The notes under the pieces are model-generated. The model searched no databases. It saw nothing but the letters and a program-made list of their open reading frames with translations, and had not been told where the DNA came from. Positions 1 through 12,600 of a stretch of 64,000 nt of DNA are shown in pieces (the first letter of the stretch is position 1; each line of letters begins with the position of its first letter). The stretch is from Auanema rhodensis (lineage: Eukaryota > Animalia > Nematoda). The position numbers and the translations under genes were made by a program. The stretch covers positions 1,612,001 to 1,676,000 of the forward strand of contig OZ059899.1 in the NCBI GenBank assembly GCA_964057225.1. The letters are read 5' to 3'.

Positions 1-31
1 ATATAAGTGTGAACTTATATCAGTTGATATC

Positions 32-98
32 TCGGTGCATTTTTAAGCTAGCGCAAATCTGATAACACAGATCGACGCAGCTTAAAAATCCGCATCGA
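32..98. other. 67-nt imperfect foldback hairpin (in every monomer; first copy given)
   Basis: TCGGTGC(32-38)/GCATCGA(92-98) pair with one G-T; ATTTTTAAGCT(39-49)/AGCTTAAAAAT(79-89) form a perfect 11 bp; GCG(51-53)/CGC(76-78); ATCTG(57-61)/CAGAT(68-72); loop ATAACA. Confidence 0.9.
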
Positions 99-172
99 AT
101 GCACTATACTACATTGAGAAACGCTTAATACAAAAATTAGTAATGATCGTTTGAAAAATGATGCATTAGTGT

Positions 173-200
173 ATGTTGAGTTTCCATGTACACTCAACAT
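173..200. other. Perfect 9-bp inverted repeat with 10-nt loop (per monomer)
   Basis: ATGTTGAGT(173-181)-TTCCATGTAC-ACTCAACAT(192-200). Confidence 0.92.
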
Positions 201-213
201 TGCTTCCAAAAAC

Positions 214-248
214 ATTTTGACAAAAATTTTTTCGAAAAATTTCAAAAT
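214..248. other. AT-rich quasi-palindrome centred on TTTTTCGAAAAA (per monomer)
   Basis: 12-bp palindrome at 228-239, flanked by ATTTTGA(214-220)/TCAAAAT(242-248). Confidence 0.85.
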
Positions 249-350
249 AATTTAGCAAAAAGTAGATGTTTTTAGATTCCTTTATTCAAGGCAAAGACGA
301 TGGACAATGTTATTCAACGAAAAAATTAATTCTTCAGGGTGAAAATCGAG

Positions 351-381
351 GATATAAGTGTGAACTTATATCAGTTGATAT
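351..381. other. Perfect 9-bp inverted repeat with 4-nt loop, overlapping a second short dyad (per monomer)
   Basis: GATATAAGT(351-359)-GTGA-ACTTATATC(364-372), overlapping ATATCA-GT-TGATAT(368-381). Confidence 0.92.
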
Positions 382-3300
382 CTCGGTGCATTTTTAAGCT
401 AGCGCAAATCTGATAACACAGATCGACGCAGCTTAAAAATCCGCATCGAATGCACTATACTACATTGAGAAACGCTCAATACAAAAACTAGTTATGATCG
501 TTTGAAAAATGATGCATTAGTGTATGTTGAGTTTCCATGTACACTCAACATTGCTTCCAAAAACATTTTGACAAAAATTTTTTCGAAAAATTTCAAAATA
601 ATTTAGCAAAAAGTAGATGTTTTTAGATTCCTTTTTTCAAGGCAAAGACGATGAACAATGTTATTCAACAAAAAAATTAGTTCTTCAGGGTGAAAATCGA
701 GGATATAAGTGTGAACTTATATCAGTTGATATCTCGGTGCATTTTTAAGCTAGCGCAAATCTGATAACACAGATCGACGCAGCTTAAAAATCCGCATCGA
801 GTGCACTATACTACATTGAGAAACGCTTGATACAAAAATTAGTAATGATCGTTTGAAAAATGATGCATTAGTGTATGTTGAGTTTCCATGTACACTCAAC
901 ATTGCTTCCAAAAACATTTTGACAAAAATTTTTTCGAAAAATTTCAAAATAATTTAGCAAAAAGTAGATGTTTTTAGATTTCTTTTTTCAAGGCAAAGAC
1001 GATGGACAATGTTATTCAGCGAAAATTATTTCTTCAGGGTGAAAATCGAGGATATAAGTGTGAACTTATACCAGTTGATATCTCGGTGCATTTTTAAGCT
1101 AGCGTAAATCTGATAACACAGATCGACGCAGCTTAAAAATCCGCATCGAATGCACTATACTACATTGAGAAACGCTTGATACAAAAATTAGTAATGATCG
1201 TTTGAAAAATGATGCATTAGTGTATGTTGAGTTTCCATGTACACTCAACATTGCTTCCAAAAACATTTTGACAAAAATTTTTTCGAAAAATTTCAAAATA
1301 ATTTAGCAAAAAGTAGATGTTTTTAGATTTCTTTTTTCAAGGCAAAGACGATGGACAATGTTATTCAGCGAAAATTATTTCTTCAGGGTGAAAATCGAGG
1401 ATATAAGTGTGAACTTATACCAGTTGATATCTCGGTGCATTTTTAAGCTAGCGCAAATCAGATAACACAGATCGACGCAGCTTAAAAATCCGCATTGAAT
1501 GCACTATACTACATTGAGAAACGCTCAATACAAAAACTAGTTATGATCGTTTGAAAAATGATGCATTAGTGTATGTTGAGTTTCCATGTACACTCAACAT
1601 TGCTTCCAAAAACATTTTGACAAAAATTTTTTCGAAAAATTTCAAAATAATTTAGCAAAAAGTAGATGTTTTTAGATTCCTTTTTTCAAGGCAAAGACGA
1701 TGGACAATGTTATTCAACAAAAAAATTAATTCTTCAGGGTGAAAATCGAGGATATAAGTGTGAACTTATATCAGTTGATATCTCGGTGCATTTTTAAGCT
1801 AGCGCAAATCTGATAACACAGATCGACGCAGCTTAAAAATCCGCATCGAATGCACTATACTACATTGAGAAACGCTTAATACAAAAATTAGTAATGATCG
1901 TTTGAAAAATGATGCATTAGTGTATGTTGAGTTTCCATGTACACTCAACATTGCTTCCAAAAACATTTTGACAAAAATTTTTTCGAAAAATTTCAAAATA
2001 ATTTAGCAAAAAGTAGATGTTTTTAGATTCCTTTATTCAAGGCAAAGACGATGGACAATGTTATTCAACGAAAAAATTAATTCTTCAGGGTGAAAATCGA
2101 GGATATAAGTGTGAACTTATATCAGTTGATATCTCGGTGCATTTTTAAGCTAGCGCAAATCTGATAACACAGATCGACGCAGCTTAAAAATCCGCATCGA
2201 ATGCACTATACTACATTGAGAAACGCTCAATACAAAAACTAGTTATGATCGTTTGAAAAATGATGCATTAGTGTATGTTGAGTTTCCATGTACACTCAAC
2301 ATTGCTTCCAAAAACATTTTGACAAAAATTTTTTCGAAAAATTTCAAAATAATTTAGCAAAAAGTAGATGTTTTTAGATTCCTTTTTTCAAGGCAAAGAC
2401 GATGAACAATGTTATTCAACAAAAAAATTAGTTCTTCAGGGTGAAAATCGAGGATATAAGTGTGAACTTATATCAGTTGATATCTCGGTGCATTTTTAAG
2501 CTAGCGCAAATCTGATAACACAGATCGACGCAGCTTAAAAATCCGCATCGAGTGCACTATACTACATTGAGAAACGCTTGATACAAAAATTAGTAATGAT
2601 CGTTTGAAAAATGATGCATTAGTGTATGTTGAGTTTCCATGTACACTCAACATTGCTTCCAAAAACATTTTGACAAAAATTTTTTCGAAAAATTTCAAAA
2701 TAATTTAGCAAAAAGTAGATGTTTTTAGATTTCTTTTTTCAAGGCAAAGACGATGGACAATGTTATTCAGCGAAAATTATTTCTTCAGGGTGAAAATCGA
2801 GGATATAAGTGTGAACTTATACCAGTTGATATCTCGGTGCATTTTTAAGCTAGCGCAAATCAGATAACACAGATCGACGCAGCTTAAAAATCCGCATTGA
2901 ATGCACTATACTACATTGAGAAACGCTCAATACAAAAACTAGTTATGATCGTTTGAAAAATGATGCATTAGTGTATGTTGAGTTTCCATGTACACTCAAC
3001 ATTGCTTCCAAAAACATTTTGACAAAAATTTTTTCGAAAAATTTCAAAATAATTTAGCAAAAAGTAGATGTTTTTAGATTCCTTTTTTCAAGGCAAAGAC
3101 GATGGACAATGTTATTCAACAAAAAAATTAATTCTTCAGGGTGAAAATCGAGGATATAAGTGTGAACTTATATCAGTTGATATCTCGGTGCATTTTTAAG
3201 CTAGCGCAAATCTGATAACACAGATCGACGCAGCTTAAAAATCCGCATCGAATGCACTATACTACATTGAGAAACGCTTAATACAAAAATTAGTAATGAT

Positions 3301-6300
3301 CGTTTGAAAAATGATGCATTAGTGTATGTTGAGTTTCCATGTACACTCAACATTGCTTCCAAAAACATTTTGACAAAAATTTTTTCGAAAAATTTCAAAA
3401 TAATTTAGCAAAAAGTAGATGTTTTTAGATTCCTTTTTTCAAGGCAAAGACGATGGACAATGTTATTCAACGAAAAAATTATTTCTTCAGGGTGAAAATC
3501 GAGGATATAAGTGTGAACTTATATCAGTTGATATCTCGGTGCATTTTTAAGCTAGCGCAAATCTGATAACACAGATCGACGCAGCTTAAAAATCCGCATC
3601 GAGTGCACTATACTACATTGAGAAACGCTTGATACAAAAATTAGTAATGATCGTTTGAAAAATGATGCATTAGTGTATGTTGAGTTTCCATGTACACTCA
3701 ACATTGCTTCCAAAAACATTTTGACAAAAATTTTTTCGAAAAATTTCAAAATAATTTAGCAAAAAGTAGATGTTTTTAGATTCCTTTTTTCAAGGCAAAG
3801 ACGATGGACAATGTTATTCAGCGAAAATTATTTCTTCAGGGTGAAAATCGAGGATATAAGTGTGAACTTATATCAGTTGATATCTCGGTGCATTTTTAAG
3901 CTAGCGCAAATCTGATAACACAGATCGACGCAGCTTAAAAATCCGCATCGAATGCACTATACTACATTGAGAAAGGCTTAATACAAAAATTAGTTATGAT
4001 CGTTTGAAAAATGATGCATTAGTGTATGTTGAGTTTCCATGTACACTCAACATTGCTTCCAAAAACATTTTGACAAAAATTTTTTCGAAAAATTTCAAAA
4101 TAATTTAGCAAAAAGTAGATGTTTTTAGATTCCTTTTTTCAAGGCAAAGACGATGGACAATGTTATTCAGCGAAAATTATTTCTTCAGGGTGAAAATCGA
4201 GGATATAAGTGTGAACTTATACCAGTTGATATCTCGGTGCATTTTTAAGCTAGCGTAAATCTGATAACACAGATCGACGCAGCTTAAAAATCCGCATCGA
4301 ATGCACTATACTACATTGAGAAACGCTTAATACAAAAATTAGTAATGATCGTTTGAAAAATGATGCATTAGTGTATGTTGAGTTTCCATGTACACTCAAC
4401 ATTGCTTCCAAAAACATTTTGACAAAAATTTTTTCGAAAAATTTCAAAATAATTTAGCAAAAAGTAGATGTTTTTAGATTCCTTTTTTCAAGGCAAAGAC
4501 GATGGACAATGTTATTCAACGAAAAAATTAATTCTTCAGGGTGAAAATCGAGGATATAAGTGTGAACTTATATCAGTTGATATCTCGGTGCATTTTTAAG
4601 CTAGCGCAAATCTGATAACACAGATCGACGCAGCTTAAAAATCCGCATCGAGTGCATTATACTACATTGAGAAACGCTTGATACAAAAATTAGTAATGAT
4701 CGTTTGAAAAATGATGCATTAGTGTATGTTGAGTTTCCATGTACACTCAACATTGCTTCCAAAAACATTTTGACAAAAATTTTTTCGAAAAATTTCAAAA
4801 TAATTTAGCAAAAAGTAGATGTTTTTAGATTCCTTTTTTCAAGGCAAAGACGATGGACAATGTTATTCAACAAAAAAATTAATTCTTCAGGGTGAAAATC
4901 GAGGATATAAGTGTGAACTTATATCAGTTGATATCTCGGTGCATTTTTAAGCTAGCGCAAATCTGATAACACAGATCGACGCAGCTTAAAAATCCGCATC
5001 GAGTGCACTATACCACATTGAGAAACGCTTGATACAAAAATTAGTAATGATCGTTTGAAAAATGATGCATTAGTGTATGTTGAGTTTCCATGTACACTCA
5101 ACATTGCTTCCAAAAACATTTTGACAAAAATTTTTTCGAAAAATTTCAAAATAATTTAGCAAAAAGTAGATGTTTTTAGATTCCTTTTTTCAAGGCAAAG
5201 ACGATGGACAATGTTATTCAGCGAAAATTATTTCTTCAGGGTGAAAATCGAGGATATAAGTGTGAACTTATATCAGTTGATATCTCGGTGCATTTTTAAG
5301 CTAGCGCAAATCTGATAACACAGATCGACGCAGCTTAAAAATCCGCATCGAATGCACTATACTACATTGAGAAAGGCTTAATACAAAAATTAGTTATGAT
5401 CGTTTGAAAAATGATGCATTAGTGTATGTTGAGTTTCCATGTACACTCAACATTGCTTCCAAAAACATTTTGACAAAAATTTTTTCGAAAAATTTCAAAA
5501 TAATTTAGCAAAAAGTAGATGTTTTTAGATTCCTTTTTTCAAGGCAAAGACGATGGACAATGTTATTCAGCGAAAATTATTTCTTCAGGGTGAAAATCGA
5601 GGATATAAGTGTGAACTTATACCAGTTGATATCTCGGTGCATTTTTAAGCTAGCGCAAATCTGATAACACAGATCGACGCAGCTTAAAAATCCGCATCGA
5701 ATGCACTATACTACATTGAGAAACGCTTAATACAAAAATTAGTAATGATCGTTTGAAAAATGATGCATTAGTGTATGTTGAGTTTCCATGTACACTCAAC
5801 ATTGCTTCCAAAAACATTTTGACAAAAATTTTTTCGAAAAATTTCAAAATAATTTAGCAAAAAGTAGATGTTTTTAGATTCCTTTTTTCAAGGCAAAAAC
5901 GATGGACAATGTTATTCAACGAAAAAATTAATTCTTCAGGGTGAAAATCGAGGATATAAGTGTGAACTTATATCAGTTGATATCTCGGTGCATTTTTAAG
6001 CTAGCGCAAATCTGATAACACAGATCGACGCAGCTTAAAAATCCGCATCGAGTGCACTATACTACATTGAGAAACGCTTGATACAAAAATTAGTAATGAT
6101 CGTTTGAAAAATGATGCATTAGTGTATGTTGAGTTTCCATGTACACTCAACATTGCTTCCAAAAACATTTTGACAAAAATTTTTTCGAAAAATTTCAAGA
6201 TAATTTAGCAAAAAGTAGATGTTTTTAGATTCCTTTTTTCAAGGCAAAGACGATGGACAATGTTATTCAGCGAAAATTATTTCTTCAGGGTGAAAATCGA

Positions 6301-6653
6301 GGATATAAGTGTGAACTTATATCAGTTGATATTTCGGTGCATTTTTAAGCTAGCGCAAATCTGATAACACAGATCGACGCAGCTTAAAAATCCGCATCGA
6401 ATGCACTATACTACATTGAGAAACGCTTAATACAAAAATTAGTAATGATCGTTTGAAAAATGATGCATTAGTGTATGTTGAGTTTCCATGTACACTCAAC
6501 ATTGCTTCCAAAAACATTTTGACAAAACTTTTTTCGAAAAATTTCAAAATAATTTAGCAAAAAGTAGATGTTTTTAGATTTCTTTTTTCAAGGCAAAGAC
6601 GATGGACAATGTTATTCAACGAAAAAATTATTTCTTCAGGGTGAAAATCGAGG

Positions 6654-9600
6654 ATATAAGTGTGAACTTATATCAGTTGATATCTCGGTGCATTTTTAAG
6701 CTAGCGCAAATCTGATAACACAGATCGACGCAGCTTAAAAATCCGCATCGAATGCACTATACTACATTGAGAAACGCCTGATACAAAAATTAGTTATGAT
6801 CGTTTGAAAAATGATGCATTAGTGTATGTTGAGTTTCCATGTACACTCAACATTGCTTCCAAAAACATTTTGACAAAAATTTTTTCGAAAAATTTCAAAA
6901 TAATTTAGCAAAAAGTAGATGTTTTTAGATTCCATTTTTCAAGGCGAAGACGATAGACAATGTTATTCAACGAAAAAATTAATTCTTCAGGGTGAAAATC
7001 GAGGATATAAGTGTGAACTTATATCAGTTGATATCTCGGTGCATTTTTAAGCTAACGCAAATCTGATAACACAGATCGACGCAGCTTAAAAATCCGCATC
7101 GAATGCATTATACTACATTGAGAAACGCTTGATACAAAAATTAGTTATGATCGTTTGAAAAATGATGCATTAGTGTATGTTGAGTTTCCATGTACACTCA
7201 ACATTGCTTCCAGAAACAATTTGACAAAAATTTTTTCGAAAAATTTCAAAATAATTTAGCAAAAAGTAGATGTTTTTAGATTCCTTTTTTTAAGGCAAAG
7301 ACGATGGACAATGTTATTCAACGAAAAAATTAATTCTTCAGGGTGAAAATCGAGGATATAAGTGTGAACTTATATCAGTTGATATCTCGGTGCATTTTTA
7401 AGCTAGCGCAAATCTGATAACACAGATCGACGCAGCTTAAAAATCCGCATCGAATGCACTATACTACATTGAGAAACGCTCAATACACAAATTAGTTATG
7501 ATCGTTTGAAAAATGATGCATTAGTGTATGTTGAGTTTCCATGTACACTCAACATTGCTTCCAAAAACATTTTGACAAAAATTTTTTCGAAAAATTTCAA
7601 AATAATTTAGCAAAAAGTAGAGGTTTTTAGATTTCTTTTTTCAAGGCAAAGACGATGGACAATGTTATTCAACGAAAAAAATAATTCTTCAGGGTGAAAA
7701 TCGAGGATATAAGTGTGAACTTATATCAGTTGATATCTCGGTGCATTTTTAAGCTAGCGCAAATCTGATAACACAGATCGACGCAGCTTAAAAATCCGCA
7801 TCGAATGCACTATACTACATTGAGAAACGCTTAATACAAAAATTAGTAATGATCGTTTGAAAAATGATGCATTAGTGTATGTTGAGTTTCCATGTACACT
7901 CAACATTGCTTCCAAAAACATTTTGACAAAAATTTTTTCGAAAAATTTCAAAATAATTTAGCAAAAAGTAGATGTTTTTAGATTTCTTTTTTCAAGGCAA
8001 AGACGATGGACAATGTTATTCAACGAAAAAATTATTTCTTCAGGGTGAAAATCGAGGATATAAGTGTGAACTTATATCAGTTGATATCTCGGTGCATTTT
8101 TAAGCTAGCGCAAATCTGATAACACAGATCGACGCAGCTTAAAAATCCGCATCGAATGCACTATACTACATTGAGAAACGCCTGATACAAAAATTAGTTA
8201 TGATCGTTTGAAAAATGATGCATTAGTGTATGTTGAGTTTCCATGTACACTCAACATTGCTTCCAAAAACATTTTGACAAAAATTTTTTCGAAAAATTTC
8301 AAAATAATTTAGCAAAAAGTAGATGTTTTTAGATTCCATTTTTCAAGGCGAAGACGATAGACAATGTTATTCAACGAAAAAATTAATTCTTCAGGGTGAA
8401 AATCGAGGATATAAGTGTGAACTTATATCAGTTGATATCTCGGTGCATTTTTAAGCTAACGCAAATCTGATAACACAGATCGACGCAGCTTAAAAATCCG
8501 CATCGAATGCATTATACTACATTGAGAAACGCTTGATACAAAAATTAGTTATGATCGTTTGAAAAATGATGCATTAGTGTATGTTGAGTTTCCATGTACA
8601 CTCAACATTGCTTCCAGAAACAATTTGACAAAAATTTTTTCGAAAAATTTCAAAATAATTTAGCAAAAAGTAGATGTTTTTAGATTCCTTTTTTTAAGGC
8701 AAAGACGATGGACAATGTTATTCAACGAAAAAATTAATTCTTCAGGGTGAAAATCGAGGATATAAGTGTGAACTTATATCAGTTGATATCTCGGTGCATT
8801 TTTAAGCTAGCGCAAATCTGATAACACAGATCGACGCAGCTTAAAAATCCGCATCGAATGCACTATACTACATTGAGAAACGCTCAATACACAAATTAGT
8901 TATGATCGTTTGAAAAATGATGCATTAGTGTATGTTGAGTTTCCATGTACACTCAACATTGCTTCCAAAAACATTTTGACAAAAATTTTTTCGAAAAATT
9001 TCAAAATAATTTAGCAAAAAGTAGATGTTTTTAGATTCCATTTTTCAAGGCGAAGACGATAGACAATGTTATTCAACGAAAAAATTAATTCTTCAGGGTG
9101 AAAATCGAGGATATAAGTGTGAACTTATATCAGTTGATATCTCGGTGCATTTTTAAGCTAACGCAAATCTGATAACACAGATCGACGCAGCTTAAAAATC
9201 CGCATCGAATGCATTATACTACATTGAGAAACGCTTGATACAAAAATTAGTTATGATCGTTTGAAAAATGATGCATTAGTGTATGTTGAGTTTCCATGTA
9301 CACTCAACATTGCTTCCAGAAACAATTTGACAAAAATTTTTTCGAAAAATTTCAAAATAATTTAGCAAAAAGTAGATGTTTTTAGATTCCTTTTTTTAAG
9401 GCAAAGACGATGGACAATGTTATTCAACGAAAAAATTAATTCTTCAGGGTGAAAATCGAGGATATAAGTGTGAACTTATATCAGTTGATATCTCGGTGCA
9501 TTTTTAAGCTAGCGCAAATCTGATAACACAGATCGACGCAGCTTAAAAATCCGCATCGAATGCACTATACTACATTGAGAAACGCTCAATACACAAATTA

Positions 9601-12600
9601 GTTATGATCGTTTGAAAAATGATGCATTAGTGTATGTTGAGTTTCCATGTACACTCAACATTGCTTCCAAAAACATTTTGACAAAAATTTTTTCGAAAAA
9701 TTTCAAAATAATTTAGCAAAAAGTAGAGGTTTTTAGATTTCTTTTTTCAAGGCAAAGACGATGGACAATGTTATTCAACGAAAAAAATAATTCTTCAGGG
9801 TGAAAATCGAGGATATAAGTGTGAACTTATATCAGTTGATATCTCGGTGCATTTTTAAGCTAGCGCAAATCTGATAACACAGATCGACGCAGCTTAAAAA
9901 TCCGCATCGAATGCACTATACTACATTGAGAAACGCCTGATACAAAAATTAGTTATGATCGTTTGAAAAATGATGCATTAGTGTATGTTGAGTTTCCATG
10001 TACACTCAACATTGCTTCCAAAAACATTTTGACAAAAATTTTTTCGAAAAATTTCAAAATAGTTTAGCAAAAAGTAGATGTTTTTAGATTCCATTTTTTA
10101 AGGCGAAGACGATAGACAATGTTATTCAACGAAAAAATTAATTCTTCAGGGTGAAAATCGAGGATATAAGTGTGAACTTATATCAGTTGATATCTCGGTG
10201 CATTTTTAAGCTAACGCAAATCTGATAACACAGATCGACGCAGCTTAAAAATCCGCATCGAATGCACTATACTACATTGAGAAACGCTTGATACAAAAAT
10301 TAGTTATGATCGTTTGAAAAATGATGCATTAGTGTATGTTGAGTTTCCATGTACACTCAACATTGCTTCCAGAAACAATTTGACAAAAATTTTTTCGAAA
10401 AATTTCAAAATAATTTAGCAAAATGTAGATGTTTTTAGATTCCTTTTTTTAAGGCAAAGACGATGGACAATGTTATTCAACGAAAAAATTAATTCTTCAG
10501 GGTGAAAATCGAGGATATAAGTGTGAACTTATATCAGTTGATATCTCGGTGCATTTTTAAGCTAGCGCAAATCTGATAACACAGATCGACGCAGCTTAAA
10601 AATCCGCATCGAATGCACTATACTACATTGAGAAACGCTCAATACACAAATTAGTTATGGTCGTTTGAAAAATGATGCATTAGTGTATGTTGAGTTTCCA
10701 TGTACACTCAACATTGCTTCCAAAAACATTTTGACAAAAATTTTTTCGAAAAATTTCAAAATAATTTAGCAAAAAGTAGAGGTTTTTAGATTTCTTTTTT
10801 CAAGGCAAAGACGATGGACAATGTTATTCAACGAAAAAAATAATTCTTCAGGGTGAAAATCGAGGATATAAGTGTGAACTTATATCAGTTGATATCTCGG
10901 TGCATTTTTAAGCTAGCGCAAATCTGATAACACAGATCGACGCAGCTTAAAAATCCGCATCGAATGCACTATACTACATTGAGAAACGCCTGATACAAAA
11001 ATTAGTTATGATCGTTTGAAAAATGATGCATTAGTGTATGTTGAGTTTCCATGTACACTCAACATTGCTTCCAAAAACATTTTGACAAAAATTTTTTCGA
11101 AAAATTTCAAAATAATTTAGCAAAAAGTAGATGTTTTTAGATTCCATTTTTCAAGGCGAAGACGATAGACAATGTTATTCAACAAAAAAATTAATTCTTC
11201 AGGGTGAAAATCGAGGATATAAGTGTGAACTTATATCAGTTGATATCTCGGTGCATTTTTAAGCTAACGCAAATCTGATAACACAGATCGACGCAGCTTA
11301 AAAATCCGCATCGAATGCACTATACTACATTGAGAAACGCTTGATACAAAAATTAGTTATGATCGTTTGAAAAATGATGCATTAGTGTATGTTGAGTTTC
11401 CATGTACACTCAACATTGCTTCCAAAAACAATTTGACAAAAATTTTTTCGAAAAATTTCAAAATAATTTAGCAAAAAGTAGATGTTTTTAGATTCCTTTT
11501 TTTAAGGCAAAGACGATGGACAATGTTATTCAACGAAAAAATTAATTCTTCAGGGTGAAAATCGAGGATATAAGTGTGAACTTATATCAGTTGATATCTC
11601 GGTGCATTTTTAAGCTAACGCAAATCTGATAACACAGATCGACGCAGCTTAAAAATCCGCATCGAATGCACTATACTACATTGAGAAACGCTTAATACAC
11701 AAATTAGGTATGATCGTTTGAAAAATGATGCATTAGTGTATGTTGAGTTTCCATGTACACTCAACATTGCTTCCAAAAACATTTTGACAAAACTTTTTTC
11801 GAAAAATTTCAAAATAATTTAGCAAAAAGTAGATGTTTTTAGATTCCATTTTTCAAGGCAAAGACGATAGACAATGTTATTCAACAAGAAAATTAATTCT
11901 TCAGGGTGAAAATCGAGGATATAAGTGTGAACTTATATCAGTTGATATCTCGGTGCATTTTTAAGCTAGCGCAAATCTGATAACACAGATCGACGCAGCT
12001 TAAAAATCCGCATCGAATGCACTATACTACATTGAGAAACGCTTAATACACAAATTAGTTATGATCGTTTGAAAAATGATGCATTAGTGTATGTTGAGTT
12101 TCCATGTACACTCAACATTGCTTCCAAAAACATTTTGACAAAAATTTTTTTGAAAAATTTCAGAATAATTTAGCAAAAAGTAGATGTTTTTAGATTCCAT
12201 TTTTCAAGGCAAAGACGATAGACAATGTTATTCAACAAGAAAATTAATTCTTCAGGGTGAAAATCGAGGATATAAGTGTGAACTTATATCAGTTGATATC
12301 TCGGTGCATTTTTAAGCTAGCGCAAATCTGATAACACAGATCGACGCAGCTTAAAAATCCGCATCGAATGCACTATACTACATTGAGAAACGCTTAATAC
12401 ACAAATTAGTTATGATCGTTTGAAAAATGATGCATTAGTGTATGTTGAGTTTCCATGTACACTCAACATTGCTTCCAAAAACATTTTGACAAAAATTTTT
12501 TCGAAAAATTTCAAAATAATTTAGCAAAAAGTAGAGGTTTTTAGATTTCTTTTTTCAAGGCAAAGACGATGGACAATGTTATTCAACGAAAAAAATAATT

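Larger units (their letters stand above)
1..351 (+). repeat. Representative monomer (arbitrary phase), about 31% GC, rich in A/T tracts, 12 CpG
   Basis: Hand count gives 110 G+C in 351 bp. Runs of 4-6 A or T are concentrated at monomer positions 208-286. Confidence 0.97.
1..6653 (+). repeat. Subdomain A: mixed 349/351-bp monomers with local ~4-monomer periodicity
   Basis: Characteristic alleles are TAGTAATG, GAGTGCAC, TATACCAG and the 2-bp deletion CAGCGAAAATTATTT. 1-1051 is repeated at 1752-2802, monomer 1401 at 2803 (1402 bp later), and 3505-4553 resembles 4905-5953. Confidence 0.85.

Noticed and set aside
173-200. Rho-independent terminators or promoters
   Set aside because: The stems are AT-rich, lack an adjacent U-tract and have no upstream gene; the context is not a prokaryotic operon.
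208-286. Phased A-tract curvature
   Set aside because: Tracts are abundant, but spacing is irregular (about 9-14 bp) with mixed polarity; this is generic for AT-rich satellites and not supportable without modelling.
1-351. Tandem 5S rRNA, tRNA, snRNA or spliced-leader gene cluster
   Set aside because: I recognise no 5S sequence, cloverleaf, Pol III A/B boxes or snRNA motifs, and frequent T-runs on both strands would terminate Pol III. An Rfam cmscan would settle it.
1-351. Identity with Drosophila 1.688 (353/356/359 bp), alpha satellite or a CENP-B box
   Set aside because: Only length and AT richness are similar; no recognisable alignment and no TTCG-N4-A-N2-CGGG motif.
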